A stretch of 64,000 nucleotides of DNA, from contig DASXTE010000018.1 in the NCBI GenBank assembly GCA_036505595.1, positions 6,915-70,914 of the forward strand, given 5' to 3'. The DNA comes from Pyrinomonadaceae bacterium. Its GTDB lineage: Bacteria > Acidobacteriota > Blastocatellia > Pyrinomonadales > Pyrinomonadaceae. Position numbers and translations under genes: made by a program. Under the pieces are notes generated by a model. That model saw only the letters and a list, made by a program, of their open reading frames with translations, was not told where the DNA came from and made no database searches. This document shows positions 45,705-54,714 of the stretch, piece by piece (positions within the stretch are counted from its first letter, which is position 1; each line of letters starts with the position of its first letter).

Positions 45705-46445
45705 ATGCAGCGCGATCGCATCGATAAGCTCCTCGTCGCTCGGGGTCTCGTTGATTCGCGCACGAAAGCGCAAGCCCTGGTAATGGCCGGCGCCGTTTTG
45801 GTTGACGAGCAACTGGTTAAGAAACCTTCCGAAGTCTTTCCTCACGAAGCAAACATTCGAATTAAAGAAGAACCGGGCCGGCGTTATGTCGGTCGCGGTG
45901 GAATAAAACTCGAAGGCGCCCTGCGTGAATTCAACATAGACGTCAGCGGATTAGTCTGCATGGATGTCGGCGCATCGACCGGCGGTTTCACTGATTGCCT
46001 TTTGCAGCACGGTGTGCGAGCAGTTGTCGCCGTTGATGTCGGTCATAACCAGCTCGATTGGAAAATCAGGAATGATTCGCGCGTTGAAGTGCGTGAAGGA
46101 GTTAATGCCCGCTATCTAAGTGCGACAGAATTCGATCGCAAATTCGATCTTGCCACAATTGACGTTTCGTTCATTTCGCTGACGAAGATTCTGCCGGCCG
46201 TTGTGCCGCTGCTGTCCCACAATGGCCGCATCGTCGCGCTGATCAAACCTCAGTTTGAAGTTGGCAAAGGCGAAGTCGGCAAAGGCGGGGTCGTCAAAGA
46301 TCCTGAACAGCACGAACGTGTTGTCAGCCAGGTCAACACCACTGCTGAATCTCTCGGGCTGAAAATCGGCGGCGTAATTCAATCACCAATTAAGGGTGCT
46401 GACGGCAATGTTGAGTTTCTCGCGCTGTATTACAAGTCGCGTTGA
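45705..46445 (+). CDS. tlyA: TlyA family rRNA 2'-O-methyltransferase
   Basis: N-terminal S4 domain (RIDKLLVARGLVDSRTKAQALVMAGAVLVD) and SAM motif DVGASTGGFTDCLLQHG. Confidence 0.9.
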   Translation: MQRDRIDKLLVARGLVDSRTKAQALVMAGAVLVDEQLVKKPSEVFPHEANIRIKEEPGRRYVGRGGIKLEGALREFNIDVSGLVCMDVGASTGGFTDCLLQHGVRAVVAVDVGHNQLDWKIRNDSRVEVREGVNARYLSATEFDRKFDLATIDVSFISLTKILPAVVPLLSHNGRIVALIKPQFEVGKGEVGKGGVVKDPEQHERVVSQVNTTAESLGLKIGGVIQSPIKGADGNVEFLALYYKSR

Positions 46446-46497
46446 CACTCCGATCAACCGGCGGCTATCATCCGCGCGTTCCTTCATCACCCGCAAA

Positions 46498-47376
46498 ATG
46501 GCTTCGATCAAACGCATTGGCGTAGTCGTCAAACCGCATCAACCCGATGCTCTGGAAACCCTCTGTCGATTGACCCAATGGCTCAACGAGCGGGGGATAA
46601 CTCTGGTTGGGCTTCCGGAAATTGAACGCGAAAGGATCGAGCACCAGACTGGCTGTGTAGTTGAGGTTGTTGACGGCGCTGAGATTGCCCGGCAAGTCGA
46701 TCTGATGCTGGTGCTTGGCGGTGACGGCACCATGATCGCCACGGCGCGGACGATTGGCGACACCGAAGTGCCGGTGATGGGAGTCAACTACGGCGGCCTT
46801 GGCTATCTCGCTGAGTTCCGAATCGAAGAGTTGTTCACGGCGTTAGAGTCAATCCTGGCTGGTGATTATAAACTTGAAAAGCGCGTAATGCTTGCGGTTG
46901 AGCTGCGGCGCGGCGACGAGCTAGTGACCAAGAACCGCGTGCTGAATGACGTCGTGATGAACAAGTCGGCGCTGGCGCGCATTATCGAAATTGAGACGTA
47001 TCTGACTGCGCAGTTTGTAAACTCATTTCGCGCGGACGGTCTGATAGTGGCCACGCCCACCGGCTCGACGGCTTATAATCTGTCGGCGGGTGGCCCGATA
47101 ATCTTTCCATCGATGAACGCGGTTGTCATCACTCCGATTTGTCCGTTCACTTTGTCGAACCGGCCGATTGTGGTGCCGGATGATTCAGTGATTGAAGTGC
47201 GCTTGATGACCGAAAAAGAAGAAGTTGCCTTGACGCTTGACGGCCAGGTTGGCTTTCCATTGCAAGTCGGCGACCGCGTCGTCATTCGCAAGAGCGATAC
47301 ATCTTTCAATCTCGTGCAACCAAAGAGTCGAAATTATTTTGATCTGTTGAGAGACAAGCTTCGCTGGGGAAGATGA
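46498..47376 (+). CDS. nadK: NAD kinase
   Basis: GGDGTMIATAR and ATPTGSTAYNLSAGGPI motifs. Start taken at MASIKRIGVVV. Confidence 0.9.
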   Translation: MASIKRIGVVVKPHQPDALETLCRLTQWLNERGITLVGLPEIERERIEHQTGCVVEVVDGAEIARQVDLMLVLGGDGTMIATARTIGDTEVPVMGVNYGGLGYLAEFRIEELFTALESILAGDYKLEKRVMLAVELRRGDELVTKNRVLNDVVMNKSALARIIEIETYLTAQFVNSFRADGLIVATPTGSTAYNLSAGGPIIFPSMNAVVITPICPFTLSNRPIVVPDDSVIEVRLMTEKEEVALTLDGQVGFPLQVGDRVVIRKSDTSFNLVQPKSRNYFDLLRDKLRWGR

Positions 47377-48737
47377 AACTCGAAACCCGAAACTCGAAAT
47401 TCGAAACTGCGAAGCGCCCCTGGTACCGGCCTTCCCTGACGACGCAAATCCTCATTGGCCTGGTTCTCGGTGGATTGATTGGATACCTCGGTCGGCGCTG
47501 GGGTTACAATTGGGGCAACAACGTCTATTTCCTTCGGGACATTTTTCTCAATCTCATCAAATCAATCATCGCGCCGCTGATCTTTTCGACGCTGGTTGTC
47601 GGCATTGCCGGCGGCGGCGAACTGAAAAAAGTCGGGCGCATGGGCGTGAAGGCGCTGCTCTACTTTGAGATCGTCACGACCATCGCGCTGTTCATCGGGC
47701 TGGCGATCGTTAATCTCACGAAACCGGGCGCGGGTGTTGCGTTAGTTGGTGGCAGCGACATCACTTCGCTCGTGAAGACACAGCCACAGGGCTTTCGCGA
47801 TCTAATCGTGCACATCTTTCCCGCGAGCGTCATCGACTCGATGGTACGCGGCGACGTGCTGCAAATTGTGGCGTTCTCAGTGTTGTTCGCGATGGCCGTT
47901 TCGGCGATGGGCGAGAAAGCCGCACCGATTCTGCGAGGCTGTGAAGCGCTTTCGCAGGTAATGTTCAAGTTCACCAACTACGTGATGATGTTTGCTCCGA
48001 TCGGGGTAGGCGCGGCAATGGCCCACACCATCGCTACGAATGGACTCGAAGTCTTGTGGAACCTCGGGAAGTTAATTGGTTCGCTGTATCTCGCGCTTTT
48101 CCTGCTCGTCTTTTTCGTGATGGGAGCGGTCATGATCATCGCGCGTGTTCCGATTATTCAGTTTCTCAAAGCGGTGCGCGAGCCTTTCACGATCGCCTTC
48201 GCCACGACGAGCAGCGAATCGGCCCTCCCGAAAGCCATGGAGAACATGGAGAGGCTCGGTGTGCCGCGGCGCATCGTCGGGTTTGTGATGCCGACCGGCT
48301 ACAGCTTCAACCTCGATGGCACGACGCTTTATCTGGCGATGGCTTCAGTCTTCGTCGCGCAAGCGGCCGAGCCGGTTATCGGCCACATGAGCTTTGGTCG
48401 TCAGATCGTGATGATGCTGACGCTCATGATTACTTCGAAAGGCGTTGCGGGCGTTCCGCGCGCGGCGCTGGTCATTCTGCTGGCGACGCTGAACAGCTTT
48501 ATGCCGGGCGGACTTGGACCAATCGGAGTCGCGGTGATCTTCGGCGTAGACGAATTGATGGACATGGGCCGCACTTCCGTGAATGTTTTGGGAAATTGTC
48601 TGGCTACCGTCGTCGTGGCGCGCTGGGAGGGTGAGTTCGACGATGACAAGGCGCGCGTGTTCGGCACACCGGAGGAAGTGAAGCGCGAGTTGGCGGCCGG
48701 CGAAGTGGCGCTCGCGGAAGCAGCCGCGGAAGGATAA
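47373..48737 (+). CDS. dicarboxylate/amino acid:cation symporter (DAACS/GltP family)
   Basis: 454 aa. SSESALP-type motif (TTSSESALPKAMENM) and PTGYSFNLDGT. The start overlaps the nadK stop (ATGA). Confidence 0.85.
   Translation: MKLETRNSKFETAKRPWYRPSLTTQILIGLVLGGLIGYLGRRWGYNWGNNVYFLRDIFLNLIKSIIAPLIFSTLVVGIAGGGELKKVGRMGVKALLYFEIVTTIALFIGLAIVNLTKPGAGVALVGGSDITSLVKTQPQGFRDLIVHIFPASVIDSMVRGDVLQIVAFSVLFAMAVSAMGEKAAPILRGCEALSQVMFKFTNYVMMFAPIGVGAAMAHTIATNGLEVLWNLGKLIGSLYLALFLLVFFVMGAVMIIARVPIIQFLKAVREPFTIAFATTSSESALPKAMENMERLGVPRRIVGFVMPTGYSFNLDGTTLYLAMASVFVAQAAEPVIGHMSFGRQIVMMLTLMITSKGVAGVPRAALVILLATLNSFMPGGLGPIGVAVIFGVDELMDMGRTSVNVLGNCLATVVVARWEGEFDDDKARVFGTPEEVKRELAAGEVALAEAAAEG
47375..47409 (+). 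repeat. unpaired heptad tandem array (GAAACTC x5) in the first codons of the symporter gene
   Basis: GAAACTC GAAACCC GAAACTC GAAATTC GAAACTG. I found no complementary array within about 100 nt on either side. Confidence 0.8.
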
Positions 48738-48748
48738 CTACCGGCAGG

Positions 48749-49564
48749 ATGCCGGTGAACCGCAGGCAAGATACCTGCGCTCCAAGAATGCTTTTTCCAA
48801 TTGCAGACGACAATCGTGATCGACGCACGACGCCCGTCGTGAACTACGTCCTTATTGCGATCAATCTGTTGGTATTTGTGTTTCTGCAGGGTCTAGGCTC
48901 AAACGATAGATTCACCTACGCGTTCTCGACGGTGCCGGGAGAGATCATAACCGGCAGAGACATCGTCACGCGGCCGGTCGTCGTGCAGCAGTTCACGGGC
49001 CAGCAAATCCAAATGCCGGGCTTGCAACCGACGCCGATTCCCGTCTACCTCACGCTGATCACTTCGATGTTCATGCACGGTGGCATCGCGCACATCTTCG
49101 GCAACATGCTGTTTCTTTGGATCTTTGGCGACAACATCGAAGATCGTATGGGGCATCTTCGCTATGCGATCTTTTATTTAGTGTGCGGAATTCTTGCTGG
49201 CCTCGCGCATGTGTTTACGACCGCCGCGTTCGCCGGGGGCAACGAGGCGAGCTTGTTGATTCCGAGTCTCGGCGCGTCGGGCGCGATTTCGGGAGTGCTC
49301 GGTGGTTACATTCTGCTCTTTCCGACGCGGCGGGTAATGGTAATGATCTCGTGGTTTGTGACCGCCGTTCCGGCCTTCATCGCAATTGGTCTGTGGTTCG
49401 TGTTTCAATTGATCAGCGGACTTGGCATGCTCGGCTCGGGCAGCAAAGCAGGTGGCGTCGCCTACGCCGCGCACATCGGCGGATTCATCGCGGGACTTGT
49501 TTTGATCACGCCTTTCTTGATTGGCCGGCCGCGCGACGATTCATACAACGTGCCGCGATACTGA
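48749..49564 (+). CDS. rhomboid family intramembrane serine protease
   Basis: HGGIAHIFGNMLFLWIFG and catalytic GASGAISGVLGGY motifs. The start could instead be ATG 48788. Confidence 0.85.
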   Translation: MPVNRRQDTCAPRMLFPIADDNRDRRTTPVVNYVLIAINLLVFVFLQGLGSNDRFTYAFSTVPGEIITGRDIVTRPVVVQQFTGQQIQMPGLQPTPIPVYLTLITSMFMHGGIAHIFGNMLFLWIFGDNIEDRMGHLRYAIFYLVCGILAGLAHVFTTAAFAGGNEASLLIPSLGASGAISGVLGGYILLFPTRRVMVMISWFVTAVPAFIAIGLWFVFQLISGLGMLGSGSKAGGVAYAAHIGGFIAGLVLITPFLIGRPRDDSYNVPRY

Positions 49565-49582
49565 TCATCCAAGCACTTCGCA

Positions 49583-49996
49583 ATGGCAACTGAACTGGCG
49601 CCGACAAACGTACAAGGCCTCGATATTCGCTCGACTCCGCGCGCAGAGATGAAGCTCTATCCGCTCGACACCTTCGCTTACGAATTTCCGGGCAAAGAGA
49701 TCAAGATCAATTTTGAGATTCCCGAATTCACCTGCATCTGCCCGTTTTCAGACTTTCCGGACTTTGCCACGATTCGCATAGAGTACGTGCCGAACGAACG
49801 ATGCGTCGAGTTGAAGAGTCTGAAGCTCTACATCAATTCATTTCGTGACGTGAAGGTCTTTCACGAGCATGTCATCAACATGATCCTCGAAGACTTTGTG
49901 AACGCTTGCGAACCTTTGAGCGTAGAGATCGAAGGCGACTTCAACGTTCGCGGAAATATCAAGACGACAGTGCGGTCGAGTTACAGACGACAGTGA
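49583..49996 (+). CDS. queF: NADPH-dependent 7-cyano-7-deazaguanine (preQ0) reductase
   Basis: [42 protein letters not shown] (type I QueF). Confidence 0.9.
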   Translation: MATELAPTNVQGLDIRSTPRAEMKLYPLDTFAYEFPGKEIKINFEIPEFTCICPFSDFPDFATIRIEYVPNERCVELKSLKLYINSFRDVKVFHEHVINMILEDFVNACEPLSVEIEGDFNVRGNIKTTVRSSYRRQ

Positions 49997-50018
49997 GCAG
50001 TGAGCGACGTACGACGTG
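49991..50018 (+). repeat. unpaired heptad array (CAGTGAG x2, CGACGT[AG] x2) bridging the queF stop and the next start
   Basis: CAGTGAG CAGTGAG CGACGTA CGACGTG. It contains the queF TGA and the GTG start at 50016. The word is the same as in the 17401 hairpin. Confidence 0.7.
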
Positions 50019-50258
50019 TTCTCTACGGTTGGAATAATTTTCGGGCTCTTAATTATCTGCGCAACCTTTCTGTTTCTTGCTCGCCGGATTCTGCGAATTG
50101 CGTTGAAACTCGCTTTCGCGATGACGATTGTCTTCGTGCTGGTAATCGGCGCGGGCGTTGGCTGGTGGCGCGGCTGGTTTTCGTCGTCATCTTCGCCAGC
50201 ACGTAGTCCGGCAATCCACTCAAATCAGCGGACAAACACGAATCGAACCCGGCGATGA
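50016..50258 (+). CDS. hypothetical small membrane protein
   Basis: 80 aa with two hydrophobic segments. GTG start. Confidence 0.4.
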   Translation: MFSTVGIIFGLLIICATFLFLARRILRIALKLAFAMTIVFVLVIGAGVGWWRGWFSSSSSPARSPAIHSNQRTNTNRTRR

Positions 50259-50259
50259 A

Positions 50260-50344
50260 GTCAGTACCATCCGCGTCAGCGGATGGGCAGTCGAATCGAT
50301 TCCGATGAGCTATTAACCCATCTCCTGACGGAGATGGTACTGAC
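50260..50344. repeat. composite REP-like palindrome (two inner hairpins within an outer stem)
   Basis: Outer stem gtcagtac / gtactgac. Inner hairpins ccatccgc-gtca-gcggatgg and ccatctcc-tgac-ggagatgg. Confidence 0.75.
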
Positions 50345-50355
50345 TCAGTTTACCC

Positions 50356-50664
50356 ATGAGCATTCAAGTAGAACGCTGGGGCGAGACCACTCCTCCAAAT
50401 CCCGCCGAGTTGCGCGCACGCCTGCAAGCCGAGGGCTACAGCGTCTTTCAATGGAGCGACGCGCCGGGGACTAAGTACGGCCCACACGCCCATCCCGAAG
50501 ATCAATCGCACTGGATTCTGAGCGGCGAACTCGAGCTTCGCGTTGGGCACGAAACCTACACACTGCGCGCCGGCGATCGCGATTTTCTTCCTGCGAACAC
50601 GATTCACTCTGCGTTCGTTCCCGGCAACGAGCCGGTCGTTTATTTGATCGGCGCGCAGAACTGA
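50356..50664 (+). CDS. cupin domain protein
   Basis: 102 aa. Cupin motifs GPHAHPEDQSHWILSGELEL and ANTIHSAF. Confidence 0.75.
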   Translation: MSIQVERWGETTPPNPAELRARLQAEGYSVFQWSDAPGTKYGPHAHPEDQSHWILSGELELRVGHETYTLRAGDRDFLPANTIHSAFVPGNEPVVYLIGAQN

Positions 50665-50675
50665 AGCGAGCACGA

Positions 50676-50766
50676 GCCACGAAAAGGCACAAAAAGCACA
50701 AAAGGAAAACTCAGCTCTGATCGGAGTTCGTTTTTCTGATTTGTGCCTTTTGTGCATTTTTGTGGC
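50676..50766. repeat. word hairpin (word GCACAAAA / TTTTGTGC)
   Basis: Left arm: GCCACGAAAAGGCACAAAAAGCACAAAAGGAAAAC. Right arm: GATTTGTGCCTTTTGTGCATTTTTGTGGC. It fills the cupin / polA-like spacer. Confidence 0.8.
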
Positions 50767-50775
50767 TAAATCAAT

Positions 50776-52560
50776 TTGGAAATGAATACGCAGTACGAAC
50801 TCATCACTACTCCCGAACAACTCCGCCGCGCGGTCGAGCAGCTCGCGAGCAAACAAGTAATCGGTCTTGATACGGAAACGACCGATCTCGATCCGTACCT
50901 GTCGCGCTTGCGGCTGATTCAACTCGCGACACCCGACAACGTTTACATCATCGATCTCGATAAATTCGGCGGTTATGATTTGAAAAAAAGCGAGGAGCTC
51001 GCGCCGCTGCGGGAGTTAATTAGCTCGGCGCGTCCAATCAAGATCGCGCATAACTCGAAATTCGATGCGAAGTTCATCAAGCATAACTTGGGCGTCGACA
51101 TCGGGGGGTTGTTCGACACTTTGCTCGCCAGCCAGTTGGTTTCGGCGGGGGACATCGAAGAACGTCATGGCCTGGAAGCGATCGCCGGTCGTTATCTAAA
51201 CGAAGCCGTCGACAAGAGCGAACGCCTCAGCAACTGGGAATTCGAACTCTCCGAGGCGCAGTTGCAGTACGCCGCGCGCGACGCCGCGGTGCTGATTCCG
51301 TTGCGCGAAAAGCTCGTCGAAAAAATCAAATCCAACAATCTGATTGACTGCGCGAAATTGGAATTCGACTGCGTGATGCCGGTTGTCGATCTGGAACTTG
51401 CCGGGTTCTTCATGGACAAGAAGCGTTGGTTGGAGCAGCTTGCGATCGTCGAGGAGCGGCGCGCGGAACTCGCGAATGAATTGCAGGAGATGCTCGGCGA
51501 AGGCGTGGCGCAAGCATCTTTGTTCGGCCCGCCGCGCGCGAACATCAATCTCGATTCGCAACAACAGGTGACCGAAGCGCTCAATCGCCTTGGCATTCCG
51601 CTGCCGGACTCCACACGCAATTGGAAGTTGCAGCCGCTGGCTTTGCAGTATCCGGTGGTGGCAAGGCTGCTCGAGTACCGCACGATGCAGAAGGCCCTGA
51701 CGAGCTATGGCCAGAACATGATCGAATTCATCAATCCGAAGACGGGCCGCCTGCACGCTGACTTTCGTCAAATCGGTGCACCCACTGGGCGTTTCGCCTG
51801 CACGAATCCAAACATTCAGCAGGTGCCGCACGCGGTCGAGTATCGCCGCTGCTTCATGGGCCATCCGGAAGGACGGCAGCTGATCATCGCCGACTATTCG
51901 CAAATTGAACTGCGCATTTTGGCGGAGTTCTCAAGCGACGAAGCTTTCATAAACGCATTCAACTCCGGTGCTGATCTGCATCGCGTGACGGCAGCGCAGG
52001 TGTTCAGTGTCGCGGAGGATCAAGTTACGAAGGATCAACGGGATTTCGCCAAGCGTTTGAACTTCGGCGTCGTTTACGGCATTGGCGCGCAGAGATTTTC
52101 CATGATGACCGGATTAGGTTTACCGGAAGCCGACAATGTCCTGCGCAGATACTTCGCAACTTATCGGAGACTGGACGAGTACTTGCGCGAGTCGGCGAAC
52201 CGCGCCGTCAGTGAGAAACAGGCGCGCACAGCTTCGGGACGTCTGGTGAAATTCAATTTCGATCCATCCGATCGGCAGCAAGTCTCGATGACGCAGCGCA
52301 ATGGAAAGAATGCGCCGATTCAGGGGACCAGCGCGGACATCCTGAAACGCGCGCTGCGACTCTTAAGTGACGCACTACGCACCACGTCGGGCCAGATCGT
52401 GAACATCATCCATGACGAGATCGTTGTGGAAGTTGACGAAACCGAAGCCGAAAGCCTGGCTGCGAAAGTCGAGCGCGCGATGTGCGCCGCCGGCGAAGAA
52501 TACTTGCACACTGTGCCGGTGAAGGTGGAAACGCAGATTGCGTGTGAATGGACGAAGTAG
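50776..52560 (+). CDS. polA: family A DNA polymerase, Klenow-like (3'-5' exonuclease plus polymerase, no 5' nuclease domain)
   Basis: Exo motifs LDTETT, HNSKFD and YAARDA. Pol motif A DYSQIELR, motif B RDFAKRLNFGVVYG, motif C HDEIVVE. 594 aa (ATG 50782 is also possible). Confidence 0.85.
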   Translation: MEMNTQYELITTPEQLRRAVEQLASKQVIGLDTETTDLDPYLSRLRLIQLATPDNVYIIDLDKFGGYDLKKSEELAPLRELISSARPIKIAHNSKFDAKFIKHNLGVDIGGLFDTLLASQLVSAGDIEERHGLEAIAGRYLNEAVDKSERLSNWEFELSEAQLQYAARDAAVLIPLREKLVEKIKSNNLIDCAKLEFDCVMPVVDLELAGFFMDKKRWLEQLAIVEERRAELANELQEMLGEGVAQASLFGPPRANINLDSQQQVTEALNRLGIPLPDSTRNWKLQPLALQYPVVARLLEYRTMQKALTSYGQNMIEFINPKTGRLHADFRQIGAPTGRFACTNPNIQQVPHAVEYRRCFMGHPEGRQLIIADYSQIELRILAEFSSDEAFINAFNSGADLHRVTAAQVFSVAEDQVTKDQRDFAKRLNFGVVYGIGAQRFSMMTGLGLPEADNVLRRYFATYRRLDEYLRESANRAVSEKQARTASGRLVKFNFDPSDRQQVSMTQRNGKNAPIQGTSADILKRALRLLSDALRTTSGQIVNIIHDEIVVEVDETEAESLAAKVERAMCAAGEEYLHTVPVKVETQIACEWTK

Positions 52561-52562
52561 TT

Positions 52563-52680
52563 CCCTCTCCCACTGGGAGAGGGTTAGGGTGAGGGTCCGA
52601 AGGTTAGCGGGCGGCAACTTCTTTTTTTGTTGCTCGTTAGCTTCGCCCCTCACCCCGGCCCTCTCCCAAAAGGAGAGGGA
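52563..52680. repeat. inverted pair of ccctctccc..gggagaggg REP units
   Basis: ccctctcccactgggagagggttagggtgaggg and cccctcaccccggccctctcccaaaaggagaggg. A single related unit occurs at about 62866-62895. Confidence 0.75.
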
Positions 52681-52760
52681 GCAAAACCTGTCATATAATC
52701 CGGTCGCGCGGCGCGACTAATTCACTGAAACACGGCGCTAATCCGTGAAACGAGACCCCG

Positions 52761-53321
52761 ATGGACATCGCGGAGCTTAAGGGCGAGCTTGAAAGGCTCC
52801 ATAGCGCCAGTTTTGGCTGGGCTTTGAGTTGCTGCCGCCGCGACCATGCCGAAGCCGAAGAGGTTTTGCAGACGGTCTATTTGAAAATTCTCGAAGGCAA
52901 GGCGCTGTATCGTGGCGAGTCGAGCCTGAAGACCTGGCTGTTTGCAGTCATCCGGAAGACGGCGATTGGCGAATACCGGAAGAGGCTCCTGCGGAATCTG
53001 GTTTTCATTGGCAGTTCGGAAAAGCGCGACGACCCGGCAACTTCAGCGGATGCGCCGCCTGTGATTTTTGAAAAGTCGGAAATCCAGAAGCAGTTTCGCG
53101 TCGCGCTCGCGAAGCTGCCACCGCGACAACGCGAGGCTCTGCACCTGGTTTTCTACGAAGATTTGAGCCTGCGCGAGACGGCTGATGTGATGGGCATTTC
53201 GATTGGCAGCGCGCGGCAACATTATGAACGCGGCAAGAAACACTTGCGCGAATGGCTGAACGAGACGGAAACAGATTATGGAATCGGGTTGGGAAGAAAA
53301 GAAACTCAAAGCGCTGTTTAG
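52761..53321 (+). CDS. ECF-type RNA polymerase sigma factor
   Basis: Region 2 (EEVLQTVYLKILE ... LKTWLFAVIRKTAI) and region 4 (LPPRQREALHLVFYEDLSLRETADVMGISIGSARQHYERGKKHL). Confidence 0.85.
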   Translation: MDIAELKGELERLHSASFGWALSCCRRDHAEAEEVLQTVYLKILEGKALYRGESSLKTWLFAVIRKTAIGEYRKRLLRNLVFIGSSEKRDDPATSADAPPVIFEKSEIQKQFRVALAKLPPRQREALHLVFYEDLSLRETADVMGISIGSARQHYERGKKHLREWLNETETDYGIGLGRKETQSAV

Positions 53322-53826
53322 CGAACTGAAGGCGACGGACGAACAGACTGCGCCGCGGTTCGCAACAGTGTGGAATCGCGCGCAAATCGCGCCGCGAAGG
53401 ATTCGCGCATTCAATCCGGCATTTGTCGCCGCGGCGGCGTTGCTAGTTTTCGGCCTGGTCTTTCTCGCCGTCTGGTCGAGGTATTCGCAGCGAACGCCGC
53501 AGCAGCCGATGGTGGTAAGCGTGCCAACTGCGCCCCTACCAACCAGCACGACTGCGCCGTCGCCATCCAATGAGATCAATGTCAAACCGGTCACGCCGCG
53601 CAACATTTTGGCCGTGTCGCGCGCTAACAAATTAGCTGCCCGGCGACATGCAATGCTCGTGGCGGCGAACCGCAAACTGACGAAAGACGCGAAGACGATC
53701 GCGAACTGGCAATCGCCGACCACAGCTTTGCTGACTTCGCCGAGTGACGAAATCTTCAGCTCGTTGCCGCAATTTAACCAGAGCACGACGCAGCTGAAAT
53801 CATTCCTGCCAACCCGCTCTAATTAA
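53278..53826 (+). CDS. putative anti-sigma factor (single-pass membrane protein)
   Basis: It overlaps the sigma gene 3' end. TM segment FVAAAALLVFGLVFLAVW. The position is typical of an ECF partner. No sequence motif recognised. Confidence 0.5.
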   Translation: MESGWEEKKLKALFSELKATDEQTAPRFATVWNRAQIAPRRIRAFNPAFVAAAALLVFGLVFLAVWSRYSQRTPQQPMVVSVPTAPLPTSTTAPSPSNEINVKPVTPRNILAVSRANKLAARRHAMLVAANRKLTKDAKTIANWQSPTTALLTSPSDEIFSSLPQFNQSTTQLKSFLPTRSN

Positions 53827-53841
53827 GAAGGAGAAACTTTC

Positions 53842-54456
53842 ATGAAGAAAACAATTGGACTCATCGCCCTGGCCGTGGCGGTAGCGTCGCTCAGTGTTGT
53901 GCTGGCGACCGCGCAGCAACCGCAGCCGTCGCAGCCCGATCAGCCGCAACAGCCGCGCACGCCGCCGCCACCGCCACCGGACATGCTTGGCGATGCGATG
54001 TTCCCGCCCGATATGATCATGCAGCACCAGCGCGAGCTGGGGTTGACTGACGAGCAGAAGGCGTTCATGCGCGGCGAGATAAACAAAACGTCGGCGCGGT
54101 TCAACGATTTGCAGTGGCAGTTGCAGGACGCGATGGAAGCGCTGCACGAAACCATGAAAGCCGACCAGGTTAACGAGCAGCAGGCGCTGACCCAACTTGA
54201 TAAGGTGCTGGACGCGGAACGGGAGATCAAGAAACTGCATATGGGGCTGGCGATCCGGATTAAGAACAACCTGACGCCGGACCAGCAGCAGAAGCTTCAA
54301 AGCATGCGCCATACCCCAGGACCCGGCGGCCCGGGACGTCACGGCCCCGGTGGTCCCGAAGGAGGACCGGGTGGCCCTGGACCTCGCGGTGGGCCGAGAC
54401 CGGGTGGGCCGGGTGCTCCCGGTAGTCCGTCACGGCCGAATGAATTCGATTTCTGA
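53842..54456 (+). CDS. Spy/CpxP-like periplasmic protein with LTXXQ motifs and Gly/Pro-rich tail
   Basis: Signal peptide. LGLTDEQKAFM and LTPDQQQKLQSM motifs. C-terminal GPGGPGRHGPGGPEGGPGGPGPRGGPRPGGPG. Confidence 0.7.
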   Translation: MKKTIGLIALAVAVASLSVVLATAQQPQPSQPDQPQQPRTPPPPPPDMLGDAMFPPDMIMQHQRELGLTDEQKAFMRGEINKTSARFNDLQWQLQDAMEALHETMKADQVNEQQALTQLDKVLDAEREIKKLHMGLAIRIKNNLTPDQQQKLQSMRHTPGPGGPGRHGPGGPEGGPGGPGPRGGPRPGGPGAPGSPSRPNEFDF

Positions 54457-54488
54457 TCCTGAGTTCGTTTTCGGCTCCCTTCATCCAG

Positions 54489-54528
54489 ACGCCCGCGATG
54501 GCAACACTACGTTCGCCGTCGCGGGCGT
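54489..54528 (+). terminator. hairpin, possible terminator
   Basis: 14-bp stem acgcccgcgatggc / gccgtcgcgggcgt (one G-U pair), followed by only a weak T tract. Confidence 0.45.
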
Positions 54529-54609
54529 TGCTCTTTCCCTCATCGCCATTGTCTGAACATTTCGGAAACAACTTAACGCGCGAGGCGTGTTGATAGTTCG
54601 CGTGAGAAC

Positions 54610-54660
54610 GGTGGCACGGGCGTCCCGCCCGTGAATCACACGCAAGATGCGCGTGCCACC
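54610..54660. repeat. REP-like hairpin (ggtggcacg ... cgtgccacc)
   Basis: Outer stem ggtggcacg/cgtgccacc with an inner cgggcgtcccgcccg hairpin. Confidence 0.65.
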
Positions 54661-54714
54661 AGCGATTGTATCCACTGACGCGCGCAGTTCTGAACTGATA
54701 TACTCGCGAACGAA

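Noticed and set aside
53043-53786. 247-aa minus-strand ORF, and similar long antisense ORFs at 51196..51903, 61958..62587, 35820..36434 and 34036..34641.
   Set aside because: Each lies opposite a gene with clear family motifs (ECF sigma/anti-sigma, polA, PilM-like, PTPS-related, GT39-like). None has recognisable domains. They are expected by-products of the GC-rich codon bias.
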